This document shows positions 1 to 10,640 of a stretch of 64,000 nucleotides of DNA, in pieces. The stretch comes from Candidatus Sulfomarinibacteraceae bacterium. Its GTDB lineage: Bacteria; Acidobacteriota; Thermoanaerobaculia; Thermoanaerobaculales; Sulfomarinibacteraceae. Position 1 is the stretch's first letter. Every line of letters begins with the position of its first letter. A model generated the notes under the pieces. That model did no database searches. It was given only the letters and a program-made list of their open reading frames with translations, and was not told the origin of the DNA. The stretch spans positions 1 to 64,000 of the forward strand of contig CAWCLO010000007.1 in assembly GCA_963796455.1 (NCBI GenBank), given 5' to 3'. The position numbers were made by a program, and so were the translations under genes.

Positions 1-35
1 TTATATGTGGTCTACTGGTTCCGTTACGTATTGCT
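1..35. other. Probable Oxford Nanopore ligation-adapter remnant (artefact)
   Basis: Ends in GTTACGTATTGCT (23-35), matching the 3' end of the ONT adapter ...TTCAGTTACGTATTGCT. It is AT-rich, sits at the window start and is followed by indel-rich sequence. Confidence 0.85.
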
Positions 36-1934
36 CGACGGCGGCAAAAACAAAGGTTGTCCCGCGGAAAAAAAGCGGCCCTCCCGGCAAGGGCCCGGTC
101 AAAAAAGCTGGCAAGAAGGCGAGCCCCGTCAAGAAAAGCGAACCCGGGGCCGAACTCGTGACGGAGAAGTTAATTGCGACCGGAAGTCCGGCAGGTGACG
201 ACCAGGACCTCGAATTGACATCGACTCCTGTCACGGCCGACAGCCACATTCGCGTCGATGTCCGGGTGCTCGACAACCTGATGAATCTCGTCGGCGAACT
301 GGTGCTGGCTCGAAACCAACTGGTTCAACACCTTTCCGGCTCGTCGGACACGCAGCTCGCCAACACGGCGCAGCGTCTCGATGGAGTCACCGGTGAGCTC
401 CAGGACGCGGTGATGCGCACCCGGATGCAGCCGATCAGCTCGATCTGGAAAAAGCTCCCGCGTTTCGTCCGCGATCTCGCCCTCGAGTTTCGGCAAGGAA
501 GTCGAAATCAAAATGGAGGGCGAAGACACCGACCTCGACAAATCGGTCATCGAGGCCATCAAGGGGTCGCTGCTCCACCTGGTCCGGAACGCCGTCGATC
601 ACGGGATCGAGGATCCCGGATGTTCGCGAAGCAAGCGGCAAGCCCGAGGGCCGGGACCTCACGTCTTCGCGCCCACCACGAAGGCGGCAACGTCATCATC
701 GAAGTTCGGGACGACGGAGCAGGTCTCGACCACGAACGGATCATCGCCCGGGCGGTCAAAGCCGGGCTGGTAACTGAGGCCGGAGGCGGCCGAACTCGAG
801 CTCCAGGAAATCGAGGGCTTCGTCTTTCAGGCCGGTTTCTCGACCGCCTCGAAGGTGACGAATGTCTCGGGCCGCGGCGTCGGTCTCGACGTGGTCCGGG
901 CGAACGTCGAGAGCCTGGGAGGTTCGATCGACCTGCACAAGCGAACCAGGAGCATCGACCACGATCAGGGTCAAGATTCCCCTGACCCTGGCCATCGTCT
1001 CCGTCCTGCTCGTCGCGCCGGCGACAACCGGATCGCCATCCCCCAGGTGAGCGTGTGGAACTGGTCCGGCTCGAGGGCGACGGCGAGGACCTCGGGATCG
1101 AGGACGTCAACGGCGTCCCGGTGTGCCGTCTTCGCGGCAAGCTCCTGCCACTGGTCTATCTCAACCGTGAACTCGGGGTCGACGAACCATCGCGAGGCAG
1201 GTTCGGCGGCCTACATCGTCGTCCTGCAGGGTGACGACAGACAATTCGGCCTCGTCGTCGACACCATCGAGGATTCGCAGGAGATCGTGGTCAAACCTCT
1301 CGGCCGGCTGCTCTCCGGCCTGCCCTTTGCCGGCGCGACGATTCTCGGCGACGGGCAGATCGCCCTGATCCTCGACGTCTTCCGCCTCGGTCTGAAAGCC
1401 GGCGTGGTCTCCGAAACCCGCGCCCGCACGATCTCGGCCCAGATCAGCACCGCGGTCGAGGAGCGGAAACACCGCGCGCGCCTGGTGTGCCTCCGCGGCG
1501 AAGACGACGAACGGATGGCGGTCGAATTCGACCACGTCAGCCGCCTCGAGAGCTTTCCCGCGGTCGTCGATCGAAGTCGTCGGCGGCGCCAGGTCGTCCA
1601 ATACGGCAACGAGATCCTGCCGCTGATCGACCTCCAGCAGTCGCTTCCCGAACGCGAGGGCGAAGTCACGAAACATCTCCGGCCGCTGTCGAACCAACAC
1701 GGTTCCCGTCGTGGTGTGCACCATCAACGGCCGGCTCGTGGGTCTCGTCGTCAACCAGATCGCCGACATCGTCGAAGAAGGGGTGCAAGGCCCGACGCCC
1801 GGCAAGCCGCGAAGGGGTGAGGGCGTGCACCGTGATCGAGGACCGGGTGACGGAGATCCTCGACATCGAAACGGTGGTCCGCCTCGCCGATCCGGAGTTC
1901 TTCGACCGCGAGCGAGTCGAAATGGAGTCGATGA
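36..1934 (+). CDS. cheA: Chemotaxis histidine kinase CheA (5'-truncated, several apparent frameshifts; P3-P4-P5 plus a second CheW-like domain)
   Basis: Motifs spread over frames: IRVDVRVLDNLMNLVGELVLARNQ, MRTRMQP, LLHLVRNAVDHGIE, IEVRDDGAG, VTNVSGRGVGLDVV, KIPLTLAI, QEIVVKPL...GATILGDGQIALILD, then a second CheW-like region ending VTEILDIETVVR. Confidence 0.9.
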
Positions 1935-2408
1935 TGGCTCCCCAATACTGCAGTTTTCATGTCGGCGACCTCTTACCTCGGCATCGAGGTGGAACGGGTC
2001 CAGGAGGTCCTCCACGACTCTCCAATCACGCCGGTCCCCACCGCACCGGCGGCGGTCAGCGGCCTCATCAACCTCCGCGGCCAGATCGTGACCGCGATCG
2101 ATCTCAGAAAACGATTCGGGCTCGAAGAGGCGGATGACAGCCGTCACCCCGACCATGCTGGTCCTCGATGCCAAAGACGGTCTTCTGGCCCTCGTGGTGG
2201 ACTCAGCGGGCGACGTCGAAGAGGTCGACGAGGGCCGCTTCGAGGAACCGCCGGCAACCCTCAAGGGCGAATCGCGGCGCCTCATTCGCGGCGCCTGCAA
2301 ACTGCAGAAGAACTTGATGCTCGTCCTCGATGCGGACCACGTCTTCGATCTCGAACGAGAGTCGCGAAGGAACGGATCAGTGAGGCGGAATCCAACACCT
2401 CACCGTGA
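1934..2408 (+). CDS. cheW: CheW coupling protein (frameshifted in read)
   Basis: QYCSFHVG / [11 protein letters not shown]...[27 protein letters not shown] / [11 protein letters not shown]...LMLVLD across three frames. Confidence 0.88.
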
Positions 2409-2420
2409 AAGGCCGATCCG

Positions 2421-2789
2421 ATGCGTGCGCTGATCATCGACGATTCCCGTGCCATGCGCTCGATTCTTTCCGGCATCCTCGACCGAACTGGGCTGCACCG
2501 TCGAGCAGGCCGGGGATGCCGAATCGGCGGCGTCACTCCTCGAGCGGACCACGACTTCGACTTCGCCCTCGTCGACTGGAATCTGCCGGGAATGAACGGC
2601 CTCGAACTGGTGAAGATCATCCGCAAGAATCCCGAACTCGCCGCCATCCGGCTCATGATGGTGACAACCGAGACCCAGCTGGACCGCGTGCGCGAAGCTC
2701 TCGAGGCCGGGGCCGACGAGTACATCATGAAACCCTTCGACAAGGAGATGCTGTTGGAAAAACTCACCCTCCTCGGCATCGAGGCCTGA
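2421..2789 (+). CDS. cheY: CheY-type response regulator
   Basis: MRALIIDDSRAMR...LVDWNLPGMNG...MMVTTET...EYIMKPF. Confidence 0.9.
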   Translation: MRALIIDDSRAMRSILSGILDRTGLHRRAGRGCRIGGVTPRADHDFDFALVDWNLPGMNGLELVKIIRKNPELAAIRLMMVTTETQLDRVREALEAGADEYIMKPFDKEMLLEKLTLLGIEA

Positions 2790-2791
2790 GG

Positions 2792-3864
2792 ATGAAGCCA
2801 GATTCGTATCCTGGTGGTCGACGATGCGGTTGTGGCCCGCCGCGTCATCTCCGACATCCTTTCCGATGAAGCCGAGTTCGAGGTCATCGGCACCGCGCCC
2901 AACGGTCAGGTCGCGCTGTCCAAGATCAAACGCCTGCAGCCGGACATCGTGACCCTCGACATCGACATGCCGCGAGCTTGACGGCATGGAGACTCTGGCC
3001 GTCATCCGCTCCGAACACCCGGAAGTGCGGGTGATCATGGTCTCGAACCACACCATCCGCGGTGCATCGATCACGGTCGAGGCGCTCTTCCTCGGAGCGT
3101 CGGACTACGTCACCAAGGCGGCACGGAGCTCGTCCGCCGAAGAGGCGACGAAAATACCTCCGCGACCAACTCGTTCCGAAGATCCGGTCGCCTGTCCCAT
3201 CTGTCCGCCCGCCCGTGCACCTCGAGTCGAGCGGAAACCCCGACAGGCCTCCGGCCGGCGCCGCCATCCGACCAGACGGTCAAGGCCGTCGTCATCGGTT
3301 CCTCCACCGGCGGCCCCAACGCCCTGACCGGAGGTTCTCGAGCTGCCTTCCGGCCGATTTCCCGGTGCCGGTGATGATCGTCCAGCACCTGCCTGAAAAC
3401 TTCACGACCTTCCTCGCCCGCCGGCTCGACACTGCGGCCTGCTTTGCTCGTGTACGGAGGCGGCCGACCACACCGTGATCGCCCCCGGCCAGGTCTGGAT
3501 CGCTCCCGGGAATCTCCACCTTGAAACCCGCTCCACCTCCCGCGGCATCGAATTGAGGACCTCGCAAAGGGGCCGATGGTCAATTCCTGTCGACCGGCGG
3601 CCGACATCCTCTTCCGGACTGCTGCCGACTGCTACGGTTCCGGCACGCTCGCGGTTGTCCTGACCGGGATGGGCCAGGACGGGCTTGCGGGTGCCGGGAG
3701 ATTCGCCGCAGCCGGCGGACAGAGTCATTGTCCAGGACAAGGCAACCAGCGTCGTCTGGGGCATGCCGGGGCAGGTGGCTACCGCGGGCCTTGCCGACGC
3801 GGTGCTTCCGATTTCCGAAATCGGGGCCGAAGTGGTGCGCCGCGTGAAGGCGCTCCGGCCATGA
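2792..3864 (+). CDS. cheB: CheB methylesterase (REC + esterase; frameshifted in read)
   Basis: IRILVVDD...[54 protein letters not shown] in successive frames. Confidence 0.88.
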
Positions 3865-4739
3865 ACCACTCCAATCTCCCCGGATCCACAACTCGTGCGA
3901 TCAGCCAGCTCGATTTCGACTTCATCCGCGCGCTGGTGCGCAGGAAATCGTCCATTAGCCCTCGATCGAGAGCAAGGCGTACCTCGTGGTTTCCCGCCTC
4001 GCCCCAATTGCGCGAGAACACGGTTTCGACTCGGTAGGGGCCCTCATCATCCCACCTCCAATCGAGCGGCCGGCGGAGAGCTCCACGACCCGGTCGTCGA
4101 GGCCATCGCCACGACCGAAACCTCCTTCTTCCGCGACCTCCACCCTTTCACCGCCCTCCGCGAGAGATCATCCCGGAGTTGATCCGGACGCCGGCAGAAC
4201 ACCGACCGCACCCTCAGCATCTGGTCGGCGGCCTGTTCCAGCGGCCAGGAGCCGCACAGCATGGCGATGCTGCTTCGCGACCGTTTTGCGGACCTTGCGG
4301 GGTGGAATCTGCAGTTGGTGGCGAGCGATCATCTCGGGAAGGATGGTCGACCGCGCCCGGGAAGGCATATACACTCAACTCGAGATCAACCGCGGTTTGC
4401 CCGCTCCCTATCTGATTCGGTTCTTCGACCAGAAGGAAGACCAGTGGAGCCTCAAGAACTGAAATTCGGCAGATGTTTCGCTTCTTCCAGCCAGAATCTC
4501 GCCGAGGAGTGGAGCGATCGTTGGCTCCGGTGGATCTCCTGGTGATGCGCAACGTTCTCATCTACTTCGACGTCGAGACCCGGCGCGACATGCTCCGCAG
4601 GGTCCGCAGCATTCTCAAGCCGGATGGATACCTGCTGTTGGGTTCGGCGGAAACAACCCTCCACCTCGACGAGAATTTCACCCGGGTGCGGGTTGATCGG
4701 GCCGTCTTCTACCAAGTCTCGAAAGGTGGCCGCAAATGA
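3861..4739 (+). CDS. cheR: CheR methyltransferase (frameshifted in read)
   Basis: [61 protein letters not shown] overlap with cheB. Confidence 0.88.
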
Positions 4740-5186
4740 GCGTGGCTTCGGCCGACCTGAGCCGCATCGTTCAGAACCATCTGGTCGACCCAACTGGGCC
4801 TCCAGCTCGACGAGGCCGAAATCAAAATCATCGAAGCCGACTTGTCGAGGGACGGGACCGTCGATATCGAGGTCGATCTCAGTGGAGAATTCAACGGCAA
4901 GCTCAAGCAACGATGCTCCCGGCGGGTATCCATGGACGCCGCCGCTGCCGCCTTTTCAGTGACCGGAGATGATGTCTCGGCGGCTGACATCCGCGACACG
5001 CTGATCGAACTGGCCCACATGACAGCCGGAAATCTGAAGTCGATGCTTCACGAGTATTCGATCGTCGAAGTTCGCGACGACGTTGAAGCGTCGCTCGATG
5101 CGGGTGCTGAGATAGCGGGAGCAGGATTCAAACTGAAGGGGGAGCCCCTCCTGGTCACTCTGTATCGGATGATTCCCGGGGCTTGA
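4736..5186 (+). CDS. cheX: CheX-like phosphatase (frameshifted in read)
   Basis: VDLSGEFNG...DIRDTLIELAHMTAGNLKS. Last gene of the che operon, with ATGA overlap. Confidence 0.65.
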
Positions 5187-5415
5187 TGGACCGAATGGGA
5201 CGGGTATCGACTTCGTTGTCGGACTCGCGGCCTTTCCTCGTTTTCGACGACTCTGGGTTGAGACCCAGGTGTTGCGGTCGATAGTCCCACGACACGCTGG
5301 CAAACATTCGTCCGACTGATGCCAGAAGCAATGATCTGTCAGTACGAGGTGAATAGTCCCAACTGATTCGATCGAGAAGGTTTGCGAGGCTGGATCCACG
5401 TTTCTTGGCGGTCAT
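5155..5415 (-). CDS. Small hypothetical protein with repeated SWDYxP motif
   Basis: ATG overlaps the stop of the upstream gene (ATGA, 5412-5415). Contains ISWDYSPR and VSWDYRPQ. Confidence 0.45.
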   Translation of the reverse strand: MTAKKRGSSLANLLDRISWDYSPRTDRSLLLASVGRMFASVSWDYRPQHLGLNPESSKTRKGRESDNEVDTRPIRSIKPRESSDTE

Positions 5416-7517
5416 TGGCCCTGTCCCCCGTCTTCTTGTTGAAGAATCTCCTGCAAGAGCTCATGGTCGGCTGAACCCGGAATCGCTATCAGCATTTTTG
5501 TCAATCGATCTTCGGTGGCCACCGCGAATACACAGCGATGGCCCGGTTCACGCCCGCAGCGCACCTCCCGAGCGGCCAGGTGCCGACCGGCCAGATAGCA
5601 CAGGGTCGCGGCGTGGAAGCCGGAAAGTATCGAGCACGCTCCGCCGGCGGTCGCGGAAAAGATCCCTGGAAATGGGCTCGAAGTGGTGGCGGATCACGAT
5701 CAGTCCGGTGTCGCGATATCCGAGATCGGCCTCGAAGCTGCCCAGCCCGAATACTCCGACAGACGACGACAGCAATTCGAGCGCCATCTGCGATTCCATC
5801 TCGCGCAGGGTGATTTCATAGTCCCTCTGCACCATCTGTTCCAGGCGCATGGCGTGTCGGAGACCCCACTTCTTGCCGAAGCGTTGCAGGAGCTCGTGAT
5901 GACGGTGGCGAAGGCTCTTGGCAGAACAATCCCTCGAAAGGCATGCAGAAAATCCTCGTTGGCAACCAACAGACGATCGGCTTTCCCATCCCGCAGCGCT
6001 CCGGTCAGAGGATCGCGCTCGATTTCCACCGTCAACGATCGCCGTTGGTCCCGCAACCGGTTGATCACAACGATAAATCCGTTTTTCGAGACGAGGCAAA
6101 CAACCGCCACCCGAACCACATGTTCCTGGTGGCCCGCTCGGATCACCTCGCGGCCGACCGCAAGGCCCCCGCCCTCCTCGTCACTCGCCTGGCTCAGCAA
6201 GCGACCGGTGAGGCTCGCCAGACCACCGGGCAAAATTCCCGCGAGCGGACGACCGATCACGACCTTCGGATCGATCCGGCCGATGCGGGGCCCAAACGAA
6301 GAAAAGGACTCCACCCTGCCCTCGGGTTCGAGTACAAGACAACCTACCGGAACGGGTTTACCGGCCACTCCGTCGGCCTCGTGGCTCTCATCCTCGCGCT
6401 CTTCTTCGCCTTCTTGAATGCCGAGCGGTTCGAGGAAGCCGAATTCACTCAGGGCCTCACGCCAGGGGCCGAGAAGTTTTGCCAATCGCTGCGGCGTGAA
6501 TCGCCACGTCAGGGCGGAATCGAGCTGTCTGAAGACCTCTGCGACGAGGGACCCGACCGCCGTCGCGATCTCCATTTCCTCAAATCCCATGATCGAGGAT
6601 GCTTCGATGGTCACACTGCCTTCGTCACCGAAAACGAATGCCGCCAGGGCAGGAAATTCGTCGAGCAGCGTGTCACGTACCTGTTCGATCTTTTTTCTGA
6701 CCAGACGCGGGTGAAGATGGTTGAGCGCATAGCCCGAAACAAGATTGAGAAAGACAAGAGCCTGGTCGAGGACCTCGGTCTCGACCAGATCCTGAACCGG
6801 AATCGGCATCGTCGACGCGCTCTCTTCGTCGAATCGCCGCATGGCTTCGAGCAGGAGAGCGGATGGCAGGGTTCGGAAATCCTCGGCGACATCGACGTCG
6901 CCGAAATTTGCCTCAAAGGTACCATCGGCCCACACCGCGATCGAGTAGACCGCTTCTTCGCTCTTGGAAAGGCCCTCGATTTCGGCACCGATCACGTACC
7001 CTTCGCTCATCCAGACCGTGCCCGTTTGTCCGTCATGTTTGAAAATCACGGTGCCGGATCGTCGGCTCGCTTCGGCCATTTGCAGCAAATCCGGAACAGA
7101 CAACTGGCTCAATGAACCAAAAAGCAGCTGGTCCGAGCGATGCTTCTCGATCGCGAGCTTGGTGGTAAGGGCGACTTCTTCACTGTCGTAGGGAGGCAGC
7201 ACCACGCTGAGCAGCCCCATCCGGAGAGCCTCACGCCTCTCTTCGCCCTGGTTGGCTGCCACCACTACCAACGGAATCTGTTCCATCAACGGATTGGACT
7301 GGTAGAGCGTGATAAGAATCGAGTCACCGCTCTGGAGATCACCGAGGGGGGTCAATATGGCATCCGGAATGTGGAATTGCCGATTCGAGGTGATCTCGCG
7401 GGCCTCGTCGACGCTCGACATGCTGACGACCTCGTATTGCGCCGCTTCCAGACCACCGCCCAACCGCGCCGCAATGGCGGGCTCGGGGTGCGCGACGTAA
7501 ACGAGGTCCTTGCTCAT
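5412..7517 (-). CDS. Pseudo-receiver + DUF4388 + PAS-like + V4R-like signalling protein (two apparent frameshifts near 5930 and 5680)
   Basis: GSLSQLSVPDLLQMAEASRRSG (DUF4388). C-terminus reconstructed across frames: GKKWG...FGLGSFEAD...ACSILSGFHAATL...AREVRCGREPGHRCVF, stop at 5412-5414. Confidence 0.75.
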
Positions 7518-7581
7518 CCGGCAATCTCCACGAGCGGCGAAGCCTGGGCGTTCACCCATCTGCCGGGACAGATCTCTCGCC

Positions 7582-8424
7582 TCACCATAGGAATACCTGC
7601 ACGTCGAAGCCCTGCTCGCCGGCAATCACATTCGCGCAGATCGCCGCCGTTGGATTGCCGGCTCCTTCTTCATGGTTCGTGGAATACGGGGGTTCCGGCC
7701 TCAATCTGGAACCCATCGCTTCGAGGCGGGTACAGGCGTTCCCACCGATGATGTTGACGCACTCACAAACGGCGTCGATGGCGGTTTCGCTGTCGGCTTG
7801 AACCGGTATCCCGAGTAACCCTTCAGCGACACCCTGAGCGATTTCTGGGGGCAGATCCAGGACGATGTGGATCTCACGATCTCCGACCAGCTTCAAACCA
7901 TATCGACGACGCCCTTCGAGCAGACGGCCGCCGTCGATCTCGATGGCGCCGAGCTTGATCGGAAGATTGGTCAGCCTGCCGAGATGAAAGACCGAAAGCT
8001 CGACGACTGTTCGAACCGTCTCGGGGTCCGAGCACTTTTCGAAATCAGCCGCCAGCTTCTGATCGGCCTCTTGTTGGACCTCATGAAACTCCTGGAGGCG
8101 GTCTTCAACTTCGTCTCTCTTGAGGTGTCCGCCGGCAACCAGGGCGGCGCCGATCCGAACCCAATCAGAGCGCTGAATCGTGAGGAGCTCATCGAGTTGT
8201 TCCTCGTCGAGATACTTTCGGCAGAGCTTTTCGATCGGCACATCCGAGGTCCGATAAAGGGTCAGGATGGAATCCTGTTGCCGACGATCGAGATAACCGC
8301 GGCGCACACCGATTTCGGTCAGGGAGAGGTTTGTCCGGCGCTGGAGCTCGATCGCATCGATCAGCGCCTCACGATTGATGACACCCTTTGAGAGCAGGTA
8401 TTGGCCAAAAAACATTGAGCCCAT
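7582..8424 (-). CDS. MshEN-like repeats fused to a CheC/CheX-type phosphatase domain
   Basis: FFGQYLLSKGVINREALIDAIELQ and RIGAALVAGGHL at the N-terminus. DAVCECVNIIGGNA (ExxN) and PEPP at the C-terminus. Confidence 0.75.
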   Translation of the reverse strand: MGSMFFGQYLLSKGVINREALIDAIELQRRTNLSLTEIGVRRGYLDRRQQDSILTLYRTSDVPIEKLCRKYLDEEQLDELLTIQRSDWVRIGAALVAGGHLKRDEVEDRLQEFHEVQQEADQKLAADFEKCSDPETVRTVVELSVFHLGRLTNLPIKLGAIEIDGGRLLEGRRRYGLKLVGDREIHIVLDLPPEIAQGVAEGLLGIPVQADSETAIDAVCECVNIIGGNACTRLEAMGSRLRPEPPYSTNHEEGAGNPTAAICANVIAGEQGFDVQVFLW

Positions 8425-8433
8425 CTGTTCACC

Positions 8434-8805
8434 TCACGCCGCGCTCGTCAGATCACGCATGAACTGAATAAAATCGTCACGGGTGAAGGGTTTCTGGAGG
8501 AAGCTCCGCGCCCCGGTGGTCAGGCATTCGTGGACCGCCTCCTCCGTTCCGAGCGACGACACGATGACGACGAATGCGTCAGGATCGATCGCCAGGATCC
8601 GGCTCAGGGTCTCGACCCCTGATTGGCCCGGCATGATCAGATCGAGAAGCACAATGTCGGGATCGACCTCGGCAAAACGCTCGACCGCCGCCCGGCCGTC
8701 GCGTTCCGAGGCGACCACATCGAACTCCGAGTCTTCTAGATAGGCCGCGATAATCGTCAGTATCGCGGCGGAGTCATCCACCGTCATGACCCGCCATTTG
8801 GTCAT
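8434..8805 (-). CDS. Single-domain response regulator (CheY-like)
   Basis: VMTVDDS...VLLDLIMPGQSG...VSSLG...FLQKPF. Confidence 0.9.
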   Translation of the reverse strand: MTKWRVMTVDDSAAILTIIAAYLEDSEFDVVASERDGRAAVERFAEVDPDIVLLDLIMPGQSGVETLSRILAIDPDAFVVIVSSLGTEEAVHECLTTGARSFLQKPFTRDDFIQFMRDLTSAA

Positions 8806-10043
8806 CGTCTGTCTCCTACACGACTCTCGAGTTCACCAGTCATTGCTCGCATCCTTGTCTCGACACTCTTCAACCTCTCTTTGAGGAGGTTCTTTTCTAT
8901 CGCCAGGCCGGCCTCGATCATCAGCAGTTCCAATCCATGGATCGATGTGATGGGGTGTCCCCCTGGAAGGTTATCACCATAGAAAATGGCAAGGATCATT
9001 CCATCGACCACAATCGGAATCGCAACCACCGATGGCGGCACGTTTCCGCCCAGTTGCTCGATTAAATGGTTGTTCCAGGCACACTGCTTCAGAGGTCCGT
9101 GATAAGTGGTCATCCGTTCGATGACCTCGAAGAATACCGACGGTTCGTGTTTCGGTATCAAAATCTGACGAATTCGTTTTTCGGTGAGCCGCGAGTCGTC
9201 CTTTTCCTCACCGATCCCGAATTGACCGATGCCCGAAATGCCCTCGGGAGACACGCCGAAGAGAACCCCCCGGTTCACCACCCGGGTCGCGTAGCGCAGG
9301 ATCATGAGCGCGATTTCGGCTGTGAAGGACGCCGGCCGAAGTTGAATTTCGGTCATCAATTTGCGGAGTTCGGCGAGGTCATCGGGCCATTCCGTCAACG
9401 ATTCGTCCGGATCGAGCTTGTAGACGCCCGACCCCGGATCGACCATGTAGTCAATCAATTCTCGAACATTCTGTCCTGCCGATACACCCGACGAGGAATC
9501 CACCTTTGCTTTTGGCATCACCTCACTGGTACTACCGACCTGCTCCACCTTCGTCAAAAGCTCGAGCACGAACTGATCGGTATTGACTCCTTCAGCGAGT
9601 TCGGTCTCACCGTCATCCGATTCCTTTTCTGCCTTCCGCCATGTCGAAAGCGGTTTGAAGCTGAAGAAGCCAGAGTCCCAGTGGAGGAATTGTTCGGTAA
9701 TTTCCTGCAACTGGGCTCGGACTACGTCTTCGAGTGTTTCGTGGGTCAAGGCGCCCATATCAACCAGCACCGCGCCAAGCTTGCTCCACTCGCTGCCGGT
9801 CTTTTGTACCGCCAGCGCCTGGTCGAGAGTCTCCTGGGTCACAAGGTCCTGTTCGAGCAGCACTTTTCCCAGGAATGGGCGCGAGGTCCCGTTGGAGGCG
9901 TGAAAAATTTTGCCATTTCTGAAAAGGAAAACGCCGGTCTCGTCGCCGTGGCTCAGTGTCAGCTTGCCGGATTTCTTGAACAACGAGAGCACGTGGAAAA
10001 GCTCCGTGAGCTGAAGATCTTCGAGACGGCCGACGAGAGCCAT
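8802..10043 (-). CDS. DUF4388 + MshEN-like + GAF-like protein, paralog 1
   Basis: GRLEDLQLTELFHVLSLFKKSGKL; LGKVLLEQDLVTQETLDQALAVQ...KLGAVLVDMG; VAIPIVVDGMILAIFYGD. Confidence 0.8.
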   Translation of the reverse strand: MALVGRLEDLQLTELFHVLSLFKKSGKLTLSHGDETGVFLFRNGKIFHASNGTSRPFLGKVLLEQDLVTQETLDQALAVQKTGSEWSKLGAVLVDMGALTHETLEDVVRAQLQEITEQFLHWDSGFFSFKPLSTWRKAEKESDDGETELAEGVNTDQFVLELLTKVEQVGSTSEVMPKAKVDSSSGVSAGQNVRELIDYMVDPGSGVYKLDPDESLTEWPDDLAELRKLMTEIQLRPASFTAEIALMILRYATRVVNRGVLFGVSPEGISGIGQFGIGEEKDDSRLTEKRIRQILIPKHEPSVFFEVIERMTTYHGPLKQCAWNNHLIEQLGGNVPPSVVAIPIVVDGMILAIFYGDNLPGGHPITSIHGLELLMIEAGLAIEKNLLKERLKSVETRMRAMTGELESRVGDRR

Positions 10044-10161
10044 TCAGTACCTGCCTCGCGAGGCTGGCCGGAGCCGTGCTGTGCTTTGTCCCGCTGGTGC
10101 GAGTTTCATTTCCTGCCCCCCAGGACCGCCCACGTCGGCTGCGATCCCCACTCTGCAAGTT

Positions 10162-10177
10162 AGCAAGACCGGTGCCA
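10162..10177 (-). promoter_or_regulatory. sigma54 -24/-12 promoter
   Basis: Minus strand TGGCACCGGTCTTGCT (GG-N10-GC), ~120 nt upstream of paralog 1. Confidence 0.8.
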
Positions 10178-10500
10178 GCTCTAAACGAGGCGCGACAGTC
10201 GCTGCCGCCAGAATTCAGTCCCGTTCTGAGACAACCAAGGGAAGCGTTTTGTATCACCGGATGGGAGAGGCAGGAGGCAGGATTACCGCTGACCAAAACA
10301 GATCGTCACCTGAAGTTTACCACCTGACAACACGTGGTTTACGGGTTGGTTTTTGGCATATCCGGTTCGCGGTGGTCTCGTACCCGTTCCCGATACCGAA
10401 TTGCAGCGGCAGCGACAGTGTCCAGCGTCAGCGACAGGGAGCAGCGGCAGAGAACAGCGATCAGTGTTCAGCGGCAGCGGTCAGGATTCCGGTCGGCGGA

Positions 10501-10640
10501 ATGGCCACCTCCGGGTCGTTCAACGGCAGGGGTAGCCGGTGGGCGGCCGATGTCAAGGACAGGCAGGGTGCAGGGCATCCTTGACATCGGCCACCAAACC
10601 GGCTTGTGGGTATGGGCATGAACGACCCGGAGGTGACCAT
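10501..10640 (+). promoter_or_regulatory. Structured leader sequestering the RBS/start of the four-helix-bundle gene
   Basis: 10501-10522 is the reverse complement of 10619-10640 (21/22), which contains GGAGGT and the start. Inner perfect 15-bp stem 10545-10559/10578-10592. Confidence 0.7.

Noticed and set aside
5..35. ATG start of ORF 5..985
   Set aside because: It lies within the adapter-like sequence; CheA is 5'-truncated.
1487..2137. Apparent CheA-CheW read-through fusion
   Set aside because: A TGATG stop/start overlap sits at 1932-1936, so one indel explains the fusion.
36..5186. Chemotaxis operon as pseudogenes or programmed frameshifts
   Set aside because: Indels cluster next to an adapter remnant, affect most of these genes and leave conserved motifs intact, which points to read error.
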